From contig ADNK01003064.1 in the NCBI GenBank assembly GCA_000320545.1, positions 16,986 to 80,985 on the forward strand: a DNA stretch of 64,000 bases, written 5' to 3'. This document shows, piece after piece, positions 1-14,374 of the stretch (within the stretch, counting starts at the first letter, position 1; every line of letters begins with the position of its first letter). The stretch is from Bigelowiella natans CCMP2755. Lineage: Eukaryota; Protista; Cercozoa. The notes below the pieces were generated by a model that was not told the DNA's origin, did no database searches, and saw only the letters and a list, made by a program, of their open reading frames with translations. Position numbers and translations under genes: made by a program.

Positions 1-310
1 ATAACAGAACATAATTGTTTAGTAGTAGCTGTGTGTATTCGCCTCCTTGTCTAATAACAGTGGATGATGATAACAACAAATACTGCTATTTTCTTCTACA
101 ACATTCGGTGCTTATTCTTCATCTTACCATCAGGATGATTATGTCGTTGTTGCAGCAGCTGATGATTTTCCTGAAGCATCACGCGAATCCTCTGCATGCA
201 CCTATTATATGTTCTCAGCTTCTTCTTCTTTTTCTTCAGTTGTATGTAGTACTTCAGCAACAGTTATAAAATCATCGTAATCATCATCATCATCATTATC
301 ATCATCATCA

Positions 311-1690
311 TCATTTTCCATACCCGGTACACTCTAATATGATGACTTGTTGTTGCTTGTTGGTGGCGGCGAAAATTTTATCACTCCATCGAGAACAAGA
401 GGCTGCTGATGCTTCTGTTGGTTTTTGTTGGGATTGGTTGTTACGGCTCAATCCATGTCCCCTTCGAGGTGGAGGGTGAGGCAAAACAGGACGCCATCTA
501 CTCAAAACAGGCCAGCATCATAAAGAGCGACAATAGCAACACGCAGGACCTCGTCATAATAATGATTCATTCACACAACACCACTCATGGTCGTAGCCTT
601 CATTATCCTAACGACAACACAATCCGACTATAACTTTGAATACTTTATTATCGGTTATGACTAAATGGTGATGATGATGATGATGATGATGATGCTAGCA
701 AGGATGAAGATAATTACCCTGTTGCGGCAATGATAATTTCCTTCGAAAGTTGATACTCAAGCCGATATTGAATAACATTTGATGATATGATGCGATCGGT
801 TATTTGTGGAGAAAGAACGATGCTTCGGTATGCGCTATCTCTGTTTGAAATATCATTTAATTTATGGAAACGACCTTGAAAATGATGACAATTATGACTA
901 TGATGATGATGATGATAAACACGATGTATCTCAATGGCTATAACTAAATTTGATGTGATTGGTAGTGCAATTTCATGCCCAACGAATGGCCGTACGTAAC
1001 GTCAATATTTTAGTTGCTCATTCTCTCAAACACACTCGGTTTATGGTGGACGAAACCGCATGCAATATCGTCAATAAATTTACAAAAACTGTTTGTGCTT
1101 ACTTCTTCAAGATGGCTACCCGAGAAGCAACTTCGGCTGCAATCTGTTGTGTATTTGATGGGATCTCCTGATCCAAGATTTTGATAACAAATAAATGAGT
1201 AGTTGCAACGGTTTGTGAAGTAAAACAATAGTTTTCCTATGAGGGAGGAAAGTGACATCATATAGAAGAGAACTTAAATAACATGGCATTTAGAGACATC
1301 GGAATAGCGTATTCTAAAAGTACAAAAGTACCGCGAAACTTTTTGGGGAAGGACTCCCCGCCCACATACACTTCACTTTATGTCCGTTCCTTATTTTATC
1401 AAGAATCTGATCAGAGAAAAAAATTATCTTCATCTCCGGGGCCGCATCTAACAGCTCATCAAATTTATACACAACCGCAGAATTATTTCGCTTCAGCATT
1501 CATTGGAACAATATAAATACAAGACGGACGGATGAGTTGTGACGCTTATTGCAGTTGTTGTAAAAAGCCAAAGTAAACATAGTACTATTTTTATATTACC
1601 ATATCTGCTGCTTTTGACCTCATTTCAGATCCCAGACGAGAGTCGATAGAGGTATAGACGATTGCGTTACCTAAACACCGCATCCGTTTC
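311..1690 (-). CDS. Hypothetical multi-exon gene (partial; probably continues beyond the window start)
   Basis: Several open segments bounded by AG/GT on the minus strand, e.g. ...SEMRSKAADM|gtaata (~1600), RNNSAVVYKFDELLDAAPEMK (1385-1490), cag|EIPSNTQQIAAEVASRVAILK|gtaagc (1103-1167), RFHKLNDISNRDSAYRSIVLSPQ (720-873). No family motif recognised; ends approximate. Confidence 0.4.
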
Positions 1691-2025
1691 ACCCCCAATT
1701 ATGACAGTGGTCGATATATGTAATGGACAGTGCCGGGGTGTTACGTACTACGGCAAATTCCATGTAATGTTCTTATTTCAACAGTCATCGGCATAATTAG
1801 ATTCTCTATTAAATGATGAGATAACAAAATAAAACATGGACCAAGTTATTCTTTATTATTCTGAAAGTAATCGCTACAGTTAGTCGTCTTACAGCATTGG
1901 CACGCCAACGTATTTTCCTTAATGCAGTGCCATCCATGAAGAGCGACTTTCCTATCAGTCAGTGAGATTGCGATGACTTACATCACGCATGCGGAGGAAT
2001 ACGCACTTGGAATGTGTAATTAATT

Positions 2026-2107
2026 TGTTGGAATCTTACAAAGGAGAGAGATTCGCTGTGTTATCAATAAATTATGTTGGAATCTTACAAAGGAGAGAGA
2101 TTCGCTG
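2026..2107. repeat. 33-bp direct repeat pair (TGTTGGAATCTTACAAAGGAGAGAGATTCGCTG), period 49
   Basis: Copies at 2026-2058 and 2075-2107 in the divergent intergenic region. Confidence 0.9.
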
Positions 2108-2591
2108 GCTTCCCAAACCATTTCGAGGCCGAGAATGTCCTCAGTCTTTCGCGATAAGACTCTTCAATGCGCAGTGGACAACATGTGATTATTGTTTACA
2201 AACCATGAATTATTTGCGTTGATTGGAGTTCGCCACATAATACGCATCATCAGTGAAAAGTGTAACTTTGTTGTAGTAGGTAGGACCTCGGGAAAAGTCC
2301 ATCTTATGGCAGTCTTGTCACACTTTTATCTATTTGCAATCTGGTTTCAGCCGAGGAGAAGAGGGAGCTGATTAATCGAATAACGATCCAATTAGTAGTC
2401 CTTCCTTCCTCCTCCTCTAGTTCCTACTTTCTGATTAAGATGGATGATGATGACTTAGGAGAGGAGTTAGATATATTATTAGATCTAGTTAGATCTAGTT
2501 AGTTAGTTAGTTTTTTTATTCTGTTCGCATAATTCCATAGTGGAGGAACTACCATACTAGAAACTACTACATACAAGAATGTACTACATAC

Positions 2592-2592
2592 C

Positions 2593-2669
<77 letters not shown>

Positions 2670-2670
2670 C
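2592..2670 (+). repeat. (CAA)n microsatellite upstream of the ZIP start codon
   Basis: About 26 perfect CAA units. Confidence 0.95.
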
Positions 2671-2773
2671 TCACTGAATAAGGAAGGAGGAGGACACACA
2701 CTACGTCATTGCTACTCCACGAGGGACGGGGGAGACAAGCGGTTCTAAGGGGGAGGAGGCCAAAATACAGGAG

Positions 2774-3742
2774 ATGGAGGGCACATCGATATCGGAGGGA
2801 GTTGGATGCCTTGCAGATCTCGCCCCCCTCCTCACATGGTAGCGATGAGTCAAAGTAGTGATATGACGTATGGTGTGAGACCCTTGTTTACACTTGTCAT
2901 ATATTAGGACCTTCCTAGGGCCAGCTTTGGTAGGCTATATTCCATTTGTGCTCACCACTACAGCACCAGAGGTTGCAACCACAAGCCAAAACATTACATC
3001 TATTAAATGAACCAAGGAGTAGTCATTTTTAACCTCAGTTGGAAAATATCATCACAAGGAAGGTTACTATCGACTGTGACTCCATGCTCAAGGTTTGTAT
3101 TTGCAGATTCTTCATTTAAGCTCAGTTCTCGGATCTGGACTTCTGGTATTATATGATACGTGATGACCATATGTAGCTAGTGTTATGTGTAGTAGTACCA
3201 AAATAATGGCTAGTGTATTACTGAACTTATAGTATTATTGTATTTAATACGTGATGAGTATATGTAGCTATGTATGTAGTATCCATATAATAGCTAACAT
3301 ATTTAACATATTATTACCAGTGTATAGCAAGAGTTAAGCCGACATAATTATAGACATAATACCAATATGCGTTGTTAAGCTGACATAATTATAGACATAC
3401 TAGCAATATGCGTTAAATTCTTTCGTTTTAGGTTGGAACTGTAATGGAAACTATCATACCAGAAGCTTACAATATGCTACTCTTGAATCATCAAGAGCAA
3501 GAAGAGAGAAATATTGAACACCGCCGTAACCTCAATACTGGTCACCCTTCGCATCCGGTCGGCGGTGACAATGGGCACAGAGGAGGAGGAGGAGGAGGAG
3601 GAGAGGTCCCAGGAGAGTTCTCAAGTAGTGGAGATACTGAAGAGAGTCAGAAAAAGGTTATGCTTCAGTTGATCGTGGAAGAAGATACATATTGCCGCCA
3701 TCTCATTAAGTGACCCTAATTTATATAAGATGGTTATTATTA

Positions 3743-3778
<36 letters not shown>

Positions 3779-3796
3779 TGTGCTATGAACAAGAGA

Positions 3797-3854
<58 letters not shown>

Positions 3855-5926
3855 AGAATCTCCCTATCATGTAAACTTCTTTTATCTAAAAAAGGCATTG
3901 AAATTCTGACTTATTGAGGTGCATATGTGTGCGTGATTTTATTCAATCCCCCTCCCACCCCCTCCCTTCTGTATTGACTGTTCTTGGTTTCGCACCAGGA
4001 ATTATCCTCTTATTTGTTGCATCGCACGTACTACGAGGCTTCTCACTTTGCAGGACTTGCAACTGCTCTTGGGTACTAAGAGCAGCAATAAGAAAGATCA
4101 TTACCACGAAGAAGAAGATTCCAAACTATGTTTTCGTTTTTCATGGATTTCTTTTGGGCGGAGAAAATTCAATCTACTTTTTATTGATGGATTCCTTTTG
4201 GAGCTGGGAAAATTCAATTATACTTTTTATTTATGGTTTCTTGCATCCGCCCTTTCAGATAATATCGATACTTATGCTAGATCTTGCTAATCTGATGGTG
4301 TTGTTGATAATATCACTGTTGTGCAGGTTTTTATTCATGTTGCTGTGCGACCGAATTCCCAATCTTGTAACAAAAATACGAAGAAGAAAACACCATCAAT
4401 CAATAGAAAGTGGAGTTGTAGTAGCTCAGACAACTTCTGGTTCGAAGGATGGCATTGAGATGGGAAATATCTTACACAACTCTCATGGTCATCATGAGCT
4501 GCTACACCACCACCACCATCACCAACGAAAACAAAGTAGCAAAAGCGCTTTTACCAATTCCAGTGCTGCCAGCGTCTCGTTTGGACTCATAGTAAGACTT
4601 CGACGATCATATTCCTAGTCGTAGATAGTTATATTGACAAATTCCCTTCTCCTCTACGTTGTAAAGATAGAGCTTCTTCTTCTTCTTCTTTTTATTATTA
4701 TTATTATTATTATTGCTGTTGTTGTTGATGTTGTTGGTGGTGGTGTTCTGTTTTTGGTTGTTCGTTCTCCCATCTTTTCTGCAGCTCCACTCTGCAATGG
4801 ATGGGATTCCACTGGGGGCAGCAGCGTGTTCTGGTAGTATTCTAATAACCATAGAGAATAAAATATTACTGCAAAACATGGGCGGGTAGAAAGGTGGGTG
4901 CCTTAGCATTTTGTTTGTATAGCCCCTTGAGTGTTAACTAATAGTTTACAACAATGAGAATAATAAAGGATACGTCGGAAAACTGCGAAAAAACTACTCT
5001 TAATGATGAGGAAACCCCAAAAAATCACTAATTCATTATGGCAACTCATAGGAAATCAGGATGTACAACTTGTTTTAATGTTAGCTACACTATTACACAA
5101 GGTGATAAAGAGATAGGAGAGGGATCTTCTGTTCCAGCTGCTTTCTAATTTTCATTTTAGAAGGGATTGCTTTATTATTGTTATGGTTTTTCGAATCCCC
5201 CCCCCCGTTATATTATCTTTCGTCCTATGTTTTCCTTATCCATGCAAATTTTGCGTTTGGGTATTGTGTTAAAAGTAGTTGTATCGGGGTATTAGTAGCA
5301 GTAGTAGTACTAATAGCAGCGAATTTGGACAACATTCATTTTAATGACATTAAGTGTACACCATCAGTATTTGTGTTATTATGGGTACGTATCTAATTAG
5401 ATGTGTGTGGTCTGTGGTCGTCGATAATGATACATAAAGGCCCCCGCGTCATTTGGACTTAGTAGTTTTCTTCTGGGGTCTGGAGCACCTCGTCGTATAG
5501 GTTATTACTTGTTGGAGACGTTATCATTATCATATTTTCATTAATATTTCGACGATTTCGTTACTTATCGGTACTACCATCATCAGTGCTTCGTAGTCTG
5601 GGTTATTTCTGTTTAGCAGCACCATTTACTGCTCTGGTTGTAGCTCTCGCTTTATCGGTGTGGAAGAGTAGCAGCAGTGGGGTCCTAACGACTGTTGTTC
5701 CAGCCACTGCAACAACAACAACAACAACTAGTACGACAAATTCTGGGATTTCGTCTTCACCACTTTCAGATAGAGAGCACCTAGATGCAGCTGCCATGAG
5801 TTCAGCTCTCACAGGTGTTAATTCAATAGCGTTCGTTATGTAGCTATTCTTGTTATTATAGTATTATTATCACAATAAGGGAGGCGAAGAAGGTCACTGA
5901 TTATGTATACATTATGCACAGTATGA

Positions 5927-5957
<31 letters not shown>

Positions 5958-6801
5958 TGGATTGCAGCGATGCTCATAATTTTGGGAAGATATATCAGTA
6001 TCACCATCATAAAATAACGGCATTAACGATGATATCATCATTGATAGTGGTTAATGAAAGATGAAGAAGTTCTTCTGTCCGACCACAGGCGACGGCACTA
6101 GCTCCTGCACATTCTTGGCACAAAAAAAAACCAACGACCACAGTGACTCATATTATATCTATTATCCAGGCCTTGGACTTCTCTTCTCCGCGGGGACTAT
6201 GATTTACACTATCACAACGTAGAAACAAATATGAATACTTGTGTTATGAGGACAAAAATAAATATATCTTTTTGGTGCTGGGACACCTTCATGTTGCGAT
6301 TGCTTAGTGTGAAATTTCTATGGTATGTGTATACACCCTGCTTGTATGATTCATTTTTGTCGATATATGTGTTCTTTACCATCATGTTCTTGATAGTCAT
6401 TTGCTACCCGAGCTTCTCAAGAAATCACCACATCATCATCCACCAGAGTCAAGAGATATGAAAGATTGCAAAATAGAAGACAACGATAAAGATGAAGACC
6501 CCACCGTACTCCAAGTGCTGGAACTTTGTACTTTCGTGGTACTGTTTTAAATAGATAGCCAGATAGTCGTAAATCAAGTGAGGAAAAATGTTCAACATGC
6601 ATGATAAAAAAGAAATGTGTTTTCTTTGAAAAAAATAGACTGATTTCTTTGACATCTGCTTTCAACTTGATGATAAATTTGAAATTTACGTGTATTACAA
6701 TACTTTTCACAATTGGTTTCGGGTAAAATTTTCAGCTCGGTTTAATGGTACCTTTTGCGATTGAGATTATCCATGGAGGACACGCCGGACATCGCCATTA
6801 G
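2774..6801 (+). CDS. ZIP (SLC39) family zinc transporter, ZIP9/Atx2-like, ~13 exons
   Basis: The spliced exons read MEGTS...LLTW/TFLGPALVGYIPF...APE/ILHLSSVLGSGLL/VGTVMETIIPEAY.../...LG/FLFMLLCDRI..His-rich loop..FGLI/LHSAMDGIPLGAAA/..ATLLHK/APASFGLSSFLL/../GLGLLFSAGTMIYTIT/HLLPEL../LGLMVPF..GHRH*. These match the ZIP9 TM4/TM5 motifs (HxxxDG, HKAPxxFG). All introns are GT-AG with consistent phases. Confidence 0.9.
3333..3414. repeat. 41-bp tandem duplication in a ZIP intron
   Basis: gttaagccgacataattatagacataataccaatatgcgtt is followed directly by a near-identical copy. An older, more diverged duplication lies at ~3155-3300. Confidence 0.85.
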
Positions 6802-6940
6802 TTGATAGAAATATAACAGAACTCTCAGCTGCCATCTTAACGGTATGATGGATAATATTCCAATTTCCACGATGGAGCAGGATAGGCACAAAAACTTATA
6901 ATTGCATTTTGAAAGTGAAATTTACAACCCTTGTTGTGTC

Positions 6941-7985
6941 GAAGGCTAGCATTGCATGCGACTTTAGCTACTGTGCTTGTGCACAACCCTGGAACACGAT
7001 GCACACCGCATTAGCATGTTCCTGCTGCCCATCTCAGCATGATGGTTTGTGCCGCATCATTCCAGCAGTATTCGCAATCGTTTGCAGTTCCAGACACAAT
7101 GGACACAACGTTCACATGACATGTTGAGTGTGCTGTGTAGCTGAAGATGTGCATTCATGTGCACGTTTAGATGTGCACAGCTGCAGTCTAGCAGTGCAGA
7201 TCGAATGGTCCAAATGAACTGTGTTTGTTGCAGCATGAATGACTTCGAAGATGTTCGCACGCTTTGGCGCTCACGTGCAGCGCACCGCAATGGGCCGGTG
7301 CTGCGCATGCAGTCTGCTCCCAACCGAGCGACCAACAGGCTGCACTTTGACCAGATCTTGATTGATCAGGTGCCAGTGCGAGAGACCTCCAGATCCAGAG
7401 ACGGATCGCCTCTCTCGCAATGCTGGGGTGATCGATGGCACTGCTAGACTGGCACAGGTCAGACATTCGTGCCACGTCATCACTTCACGATGGTGCTGAG
7501 TGCAGTGCCCAAGCGATCCAGCGATGGTGAACTCCAGAACTGCCACGCTTTCATCATCAGGAGCAGCAAAGTCGCAGCATCTCTCGCGGAGTGAACCCTG
7601 CAAATTTGGGCGCACGGGGCGGGACGCTGATTGCAGTGCACCAGTGTGTGGCATGCCAGCAGCAAGCCCACGTGCACAGCTGGACAGCACCGTGCTTGTG
7701 CACGTGTTGTGTTTGTTGTGTGTCGTTTCTTCGTTTTCGGTTCAAGCGATGCATGCGCCTCAGGCACATCTAGACATGCAAGACATCAAGACATCCCCAA
7801 CTTGTTGTGTTCACTTGTTTCTGCATTTCGTCACAGTGGGCTTGTGATGTTGGGCTTGTGATGTTGGGCGTTGTGACGCGCAACTCGCTGGCTTTTGTGC
7901 GTCTGGTCTTCGATCACTTGTTTGCACGTGCACTGTCATTGGGATGTCATTCATCATGGGATGTTCTTCAGGATGTCACTCATCA
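6941..7985. other. TpA-depleted, TG/CA-rich island downstream of the ZIP gene
   Basis: By my count 7191-7985 has only 2 TA dinucleotides, both in CTAG. 6941-7190 has 8 more, 7 of them in CTA or TAG context. Confidence 0.9.
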
Positions 7986-8276
7986 TAAGATGTTTCTGGG
8001 ATATATTTTTATCCAGAAAATGTCGAGTAGAGTGTTCATTGGTAACCTCAGTTTCCACCCTCACCTCACTTATGTAAGCAGCGGTGAGCCATCTGGTTGT
8101 GTCTTTTGCACCGACATCAGCATACATCGGGATTTAGGTTCCGCACTCTCTTGTCTCTTCCCTTGCCCCTTCTCTTTCATTCTTTGCAGCATTTCCGTTG
8201 TCGATGCTAAAAAGGAACCAATATCATCAGTGCATGTCATCCTGCTAGACGACTGGGTTTCCTACTTCCTCTCACG

Positions 8277-9430
8277 ATGCAAGGAGTAAATGTGAAGAGC
8301 TGCGCGGATGAGGTTGCACCTGGTTGTTCTTTTCATGTCTCCTACGTGCTTTACTGAATATTTGTAACAAGATACCTAGATGCATGTACCGTCAAAGCAT
8401 TCCCTCATTTAGTGTGTGGATGATATGTAGAGTCGAGGGAGAGGACTGTTCGCTGAGAGGGATTTCCTTGCAAACCATGTACTATGATGACTACTATTGA
8501 CCCTAACCCTACCTAGCTCACAGGAACTATGGTGTGTCCTCCGTCCTGAAGAGCCTTGATACGTACTGCTCAGACGATTGCAAAGGACGTACCATTTGCT
8601 TCATGCCCAGACCTCAGGGTAAGTAAGTAAGCAATTCGGTAGAAGATGGAAAAGGGGGTCTATTTGTTGTGAGAATTGAAAATACTATTTGAAACAGATA
8701 GTATGATAATTAGAAGTAACCAATGGAAAGTATGGATGGTTTAGAGGTTACGTTCTTAGTTGTGGTATTTTCCTGGTCGTTTTCTCGTCGAAGCTTGCGA
8801 GCTACTTAGCTGGGAGGAGCATTATTATGAGATCTTGACGACTCTCTAGTTCTGCTTAGAACAGCATATGGAATGATCTGGTTCATTATGGGGTTTGGTG
8901 ATGTCCGGGTGAACATCATATTGATGGTAGTTTTCGTATCAGGATCTCATGGAAGATCATGGAATATTAGTCTGCGACACATGTCGGAGATTCCTTGGCA
9001 GTGTGCAGTTGCAGGTTGTAGTAGTAATCATAGCTAATGTTGATTTACAGAGGGGAGAACACGTATTAGACGTTTTGTTCATTGTTTTTCTTGGTTCACA
9101 TTCTGACATCAGAGACAAATGATAACCAACGCTTGCGATTCGTACGATTCGTGTGTAATCTGTGCCTTTGCTCAGTTTCTTCTTGCCGCTGGTGGCGTCG
9201 ATCCTTCCTTTCTTCGCCAGAGTCTATCTGCTAAAGAATTACAAGCAGCAACAGCAGAAAGAGGAGAAGGAGGAGGAGGAGGAGGAGGAGCAGTAAAGTT
9301 GGCAGGTGCATCAGGTGATGAAGATGCCAAAAAGGTAGATATACCTCCTCGTTAGTCTTATGATTAGTGATGAGGACCGACAGTACTAAAGATGATAAAA
9401 GAAGTAACTTTGACAACAGTCCTCCTTATT

Positions 9431-9461
<31 letters not shown>

Positions 9462-9882
9462 CCCTCGCTATCTTGGTGTATTTTGTCGTTCACGTTCGTC
9501 CCCTTCTTCACTATATTTTCCTCTCCTCCCCCATTCTCGTTTCTATCCCTCATTCTAGGACGAAATTAGCAGATAGCAAATATTTAACAAGCTTGGTGTT
9601 CAAATTATTATCTGATAGAATGCAGGAAGGATAGACGACAATAGATTTAGAGGAGAGGAGGATAAGGATATCGATGTTAAGTCAAAAAGTAGTGGTAGAA
9701 GAAGACATTCCATAGTAGAAGTCACAGAGCTTCTTCTACACACAATATACAGCAAGGTAGTATCATTTTCGACAGAATTTTCCAATAAGGAAGGATTCTT
9801 CCTCTTATTAATTGATGCCTCAGTTACTCAAACACTACTGCGTTCACGAAGTAAAAAAAGTGATGTTCTCCATCCTCGTCGC

Positions 9883-9924
<42 letters not shown>

Positions 9925-11643
9925 TAAAACAACAAGAGTGGAAAAAAAAGGATGACAAAAACATCGGAAGAATACGATAAAGAAAGACAAATCGGATATT
10001 AAATCGTTACTATATTTTCAAAATCTCCATTAAAAAAGATGATTTTATCATTAGAACAAACCCAACGAAAAGCTGCAGTTTTTGATGGAAACTTGGCCAG
10101 ATGTGCCAGGATTGGAAACAAAGCTTTCTTCGGTTTATGTATCAAGTAAAAGCGCATCAAATACTGCACTTGATGTGATAAGATGTCGTAAATATTTTTT
10201 GTAATAGTGTCTATCAATGTAATTAATATTATAAAATAAATAGTAGTTGTGGTCGTAGCAGAAAAAGGAGAAGGAGAAGATAACAGTAGTTAGTAGTAGC
10301 GGTGAGTAGCAACGGCAGCAGTAACAATAAGTTAGAAACCTTCTTGGTGACTGATACTAATCTTTATTCATTACGTTTTTATCAACAAACCGGCAAGATC
10401 TGCACCCAAACTTACTGTTCTGTAGCGTGAAATGTGCCAGAAATTTAAGCCCCAAACAAGTGATGCTATAATTTTTTTGTTTTATCTTTGTATTATGGCT
10501 GAAAATAAGACATTCTTTCCATTTCTTAATTCATAGTTTATAACTTCCCATTACACCTAAATGAGAATTAATGTCACAGGATAAAGAAATATGTGATGAA
10601 TTAAAAGCTCTTTTTTTATATTCTTCTTCCCAGGGGCAATTTTTATTAAGCTTATATGAAGAAGAAGATGACGAGGATGAAGATGATGAAAAAGGTTAGC
10701 AATGAGTTGTTTGATGTGGGTTGAATGTTTAGTGGGTTAATAATCTATATCCTTGGATACCTCTCGACGAAGAGTGCCCGTGCAATATCGTACAGATGAT
10801 GTATTGGAACATACCAACCATTAATAATTCATTTAATCTACATGATATAGTAGACCAGAGATGATCTTTCGTGTAGAAAATAATGATGGTGTCGTTCTCA
10901 AAATAGTTCTCATCGACAGGTGCAGACACTGCTACCTCATGGAAAGCTATGGGTAATAACTATTTTTTTTCCACATAATGATACAATTTTTTTATCGCTA
11001 TTGCTATTGACATAAGTTTCTTCATTCTATCTTTGATTTTGCCTTTTTGCTGATCTTTATTTTCCTCTGTCTGCTAGCGAAACTTGGAACAATTCTCTAT
11101 GATATCGAGGATCCAGATATACAAACGTATACATAATGATATTTACAATAAAGATTTATCGCTACCTACAACAATGTATGCAACATATTAAATCCAAAAG
11201 TTTCTGTTGAAAAAGTGTTTTTCCTTCAACACTCTCCATTGATACCAATTACATTCATATGTGACTTAGTGCTTACGTTTATATAATGCTTATTAGAATA
11301 ACTTTAAGAATTCGAGATAACAGCTAATAATAATGGTTTTATTGTATTTCTTCAATGGTTGTCATGGTCATAGAAATCTGCATCTCATCGGCAAATAATA
11401 TATTCCAGACATACAGCACTCGCGTGTGCACTATGGTTTTGGGCACTAAGCGCTCCTCCTTCAATCGAAAACCAACCAGAAAAAAGAGAAGAGGGAGTGG
11501 GGAAGAGCGAAGAAAAAGAAGACCGAGATCAAAGTAAAAGGAGGAGAGTGATGCAGCCAGAGAATGTGGCATTAGCTACACGAATGAGGCAGTTGAATGC
11601 TTTGAAGGTGGAGAAGAGTAGAGATAAAGATATTACAAATATA

Positions 11644-11686
<43 letters not shown>

Positions 11687-13570
11687 TAGTAGTATCATGA
11701 GAAGGAATAGGAAAAAAAAGCAGTAGTATACTTTGAGGTATAAAAGTCAAGTAAATATTTTGCGAGTGTTGGTGGTGAATTAGAATCATTGACAGACTAA
11801 CCAGATAGCAAGAATGTGGAGGGAGGTGGAGTAGGAGAATAAAATTGTTGTAATCATGAATATCAATCCTTGAAATCCAAGAGATCAGTGGTAATTAAAT
11901 TGCAAGAATTTCTCATATACCTTGGGGTAATAAAGCTGATAATTTAGTTAATGTTACACTCTTATTGCCATCTTTCTTTACAGACCTTACCATATTTTTT
12001 TTGTTTTTTTGATATTTTGATTGGTGCAGTCTGAGATATACTGGAGATTTGGACCCGAGGGGCAACGAAATGAACGAAAAGATGTTGCTTCTGTTGTTTA
12101 TAAGGTATTGGTGTTTTAGATATTCGTAATATAACTGTGCTGCTGCTTCAGCTTATTACTATTATTATTATCAATACGTTTTTGCCTGCACCTCTCGTCT
12201 CTATTCTTAGAGAATAAGCGATTTGTGGATTTTTTATTTCCATTGAGGAAGATACTTTTCATATATGTATTATGAATACCGATTCATAGATAGGAGTTTC
12301 ACATATGATATGAAACAAAATTTAAATAATAAGGTCGATTAAATTCATTATGCTAGATGTAATGAATGATAACAAAACAAATAAAATTTATTCCCAGGAA
12401 TTCTGCAAAATTATGAAAATCGACTGCATGATGGAGACTCAAGGAAAATTAAAGACAGAAACATCTCAGAAAACAAACAAAATTGAGAACTCTGAAAATA
12501 GAAAAATGATGGCAAACAGGAACACAGCTACTGGTGCGATGTTATCACCAAATTCATTTGAGGTATGTGACTAACTTCATAGTCGTGTGCCTATGTCTAT
12601 GTGAGTGTGAGTGTGTGCACTTAGAATATGTTGGGATTGAAGTTGAACTAAGCTCTCATCAACGGAGCTTGCTTCTACGTGATCATATTCTTGAAAATAT
12701 TCCTACACTCCTTTGATTTTAAACGAAGGAGTATTATAGAAAGAGAGAGGGACTTTATATCAGCATTATTCTCCAACAAAAAAAATGAAATATTGTCGTA
12801 TTCTCCTGTTTTCCACATGTTCTTTAGTGGTTCGGAAATCTTTTAGGTGCTGTTGCTCAAAATGCTCTTCAGGTAGTAGAAATGTGGTAAATTGATCCGG
12901 AAGTTGGGATTATCTATATTAATTTTATTAATGTTGTTTCAAGATCAAAATTCCATCACCAGCGGCTATGTTTTGTATCAAGATAGATCAGGTGGTAGTA
13001 GTACTGCTTATTGAAAATAGCAATGCATAACCTTATAAGATTCCTAAACGAGGTTGTCTATCATATCATCAAGATTTATCAACGAGAAATTTCGGATGGA
13101 AAGAATTACCCTGGTAGTACCGAAGACAAGGAAGATCACATCTTTTATCATAAATTATTGAATCGATGTAATGCAGTGAAACGTGAGAATATGTGGTGGA
13201 GGAGAATTAATTTATTTACAGGAGAAAATATCTTTCATGAATTTAGTTTTTGAAGTGGTACAGGATTTTGTGGAAGCTATTATTTCAAATAGAGTAAGGA
13301 CAAAAATTATCATCATTCACTTCATCAATTTTCAAGCTATTAGAGACTCTAAATGCGAATGACATGCACTACGTTAGATTTAAATATTTGTACTAATTAT
13401 ACTTGTATCCATAAAATGCTTTGCTCATCTAAATGTATTACATACAGAAAAATAAGGTAGAATAAATTTACAACATAACCAAACTAGGAAAGAGTAAGTG
13501 AGTCATCCATGGAACAAAATGATGAAGGTAGCGATGATATGCTGAGTGATTCGGACGAGGTCATTACATA

Positions 13571-13611
<41 letters not shown>

Positions 13612-14328
13612 ATTATCGTCATTAAATTTCGTAGAAAGTTTGAAAAAAGTTGTTATAATGTACGTAGCATTATCTCATTTAATAGCAGCAGTTTATGACT
13701 ATAATTTGCAACAACACCTACCGCAGGTTGTCGAATTTTCGTGGCCTAGAGTCAAATTTAGAAGTTCACTGGTACTCGTATTATGTGTGTAGTAGTAGTA
13801 GTAGTAGTAGTAGTAGCAGCAGTTTCTTAGTCAAAATAATGTTTATTGGGGTTATCTAGATTAAGCTACGGAATATATTTTTTATTATTTTTCCTCTATG
13901 AGTGATCATAGTTTTTTAAAAAAATTGTAAACCTCATTTGATGGTTTCGTATCTCTATTGATATCACATCAGTTCCACCACTTTGAAGGAGTAGCGATTT
14001 ATCCATTATTGTCCATGTTAAATCATGCGGTTAGTTAAATATATTTTTTTTCTCATATTTTTTAATTTAAAGATTGGAATAACCGAGTACAAAATAATGT
14101 CTAGAAGAAAGCTAACTAGATGTCAGTAATCTGTCAATAAATACATATTTTCATCGGATAGGGAAATAATTTACCGTTTTAGTTACGAATTCTCTTTTAC
14201 ATTTGTTTGGCCATATTTTAGTGCGCTCCAAATTGCGAGCGTACATATCCTACATCTGTTGAAGCAATACTGTTTTCGGTAAGACTAATATAATTTTGAA
14301 TAGAAATTGACTGAGAGATATAACTTGA

Positions 14329-14374
<46 letters not shown>

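Noticed and set aside
3093-3106. Apparent 14-nt intron gtttgtatttgcag
   Set aside because: ZIP9 homology is satisfied by one ordinary intron from ~2972 to 3106.
7057-7861. Many overlapping ORFs on both strands
   Set aside because: Loss of TpA removes TAA/TAG stops and lengthens ORFs in all frames. The translations are Cys/His-rich with no recognisable domain.
8020-8073. MSSRVFIGNLSF resembles an RRM RNP2 motif and is followed by a good donor (gtaagc)
   Set aside because: No RNP1 or rest of an RRM found. It may be a 5' exon of the SET gene, but I could not establish the splice path.
8500-8512. CCCTAACCCTA telomere-like sequence
   Set aside because: Fewer than two full units inside an intron; likely chance.
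8524-8559. In-frame TGA after ...EEP, suggesting stop-codon reassignment
   Set aside because: A downstream acceptor (ctcag|ACGATT) gives an open, phase-consistent exon. All well-resolved genes use the standard code with TGA, TAG and TAA as stops.
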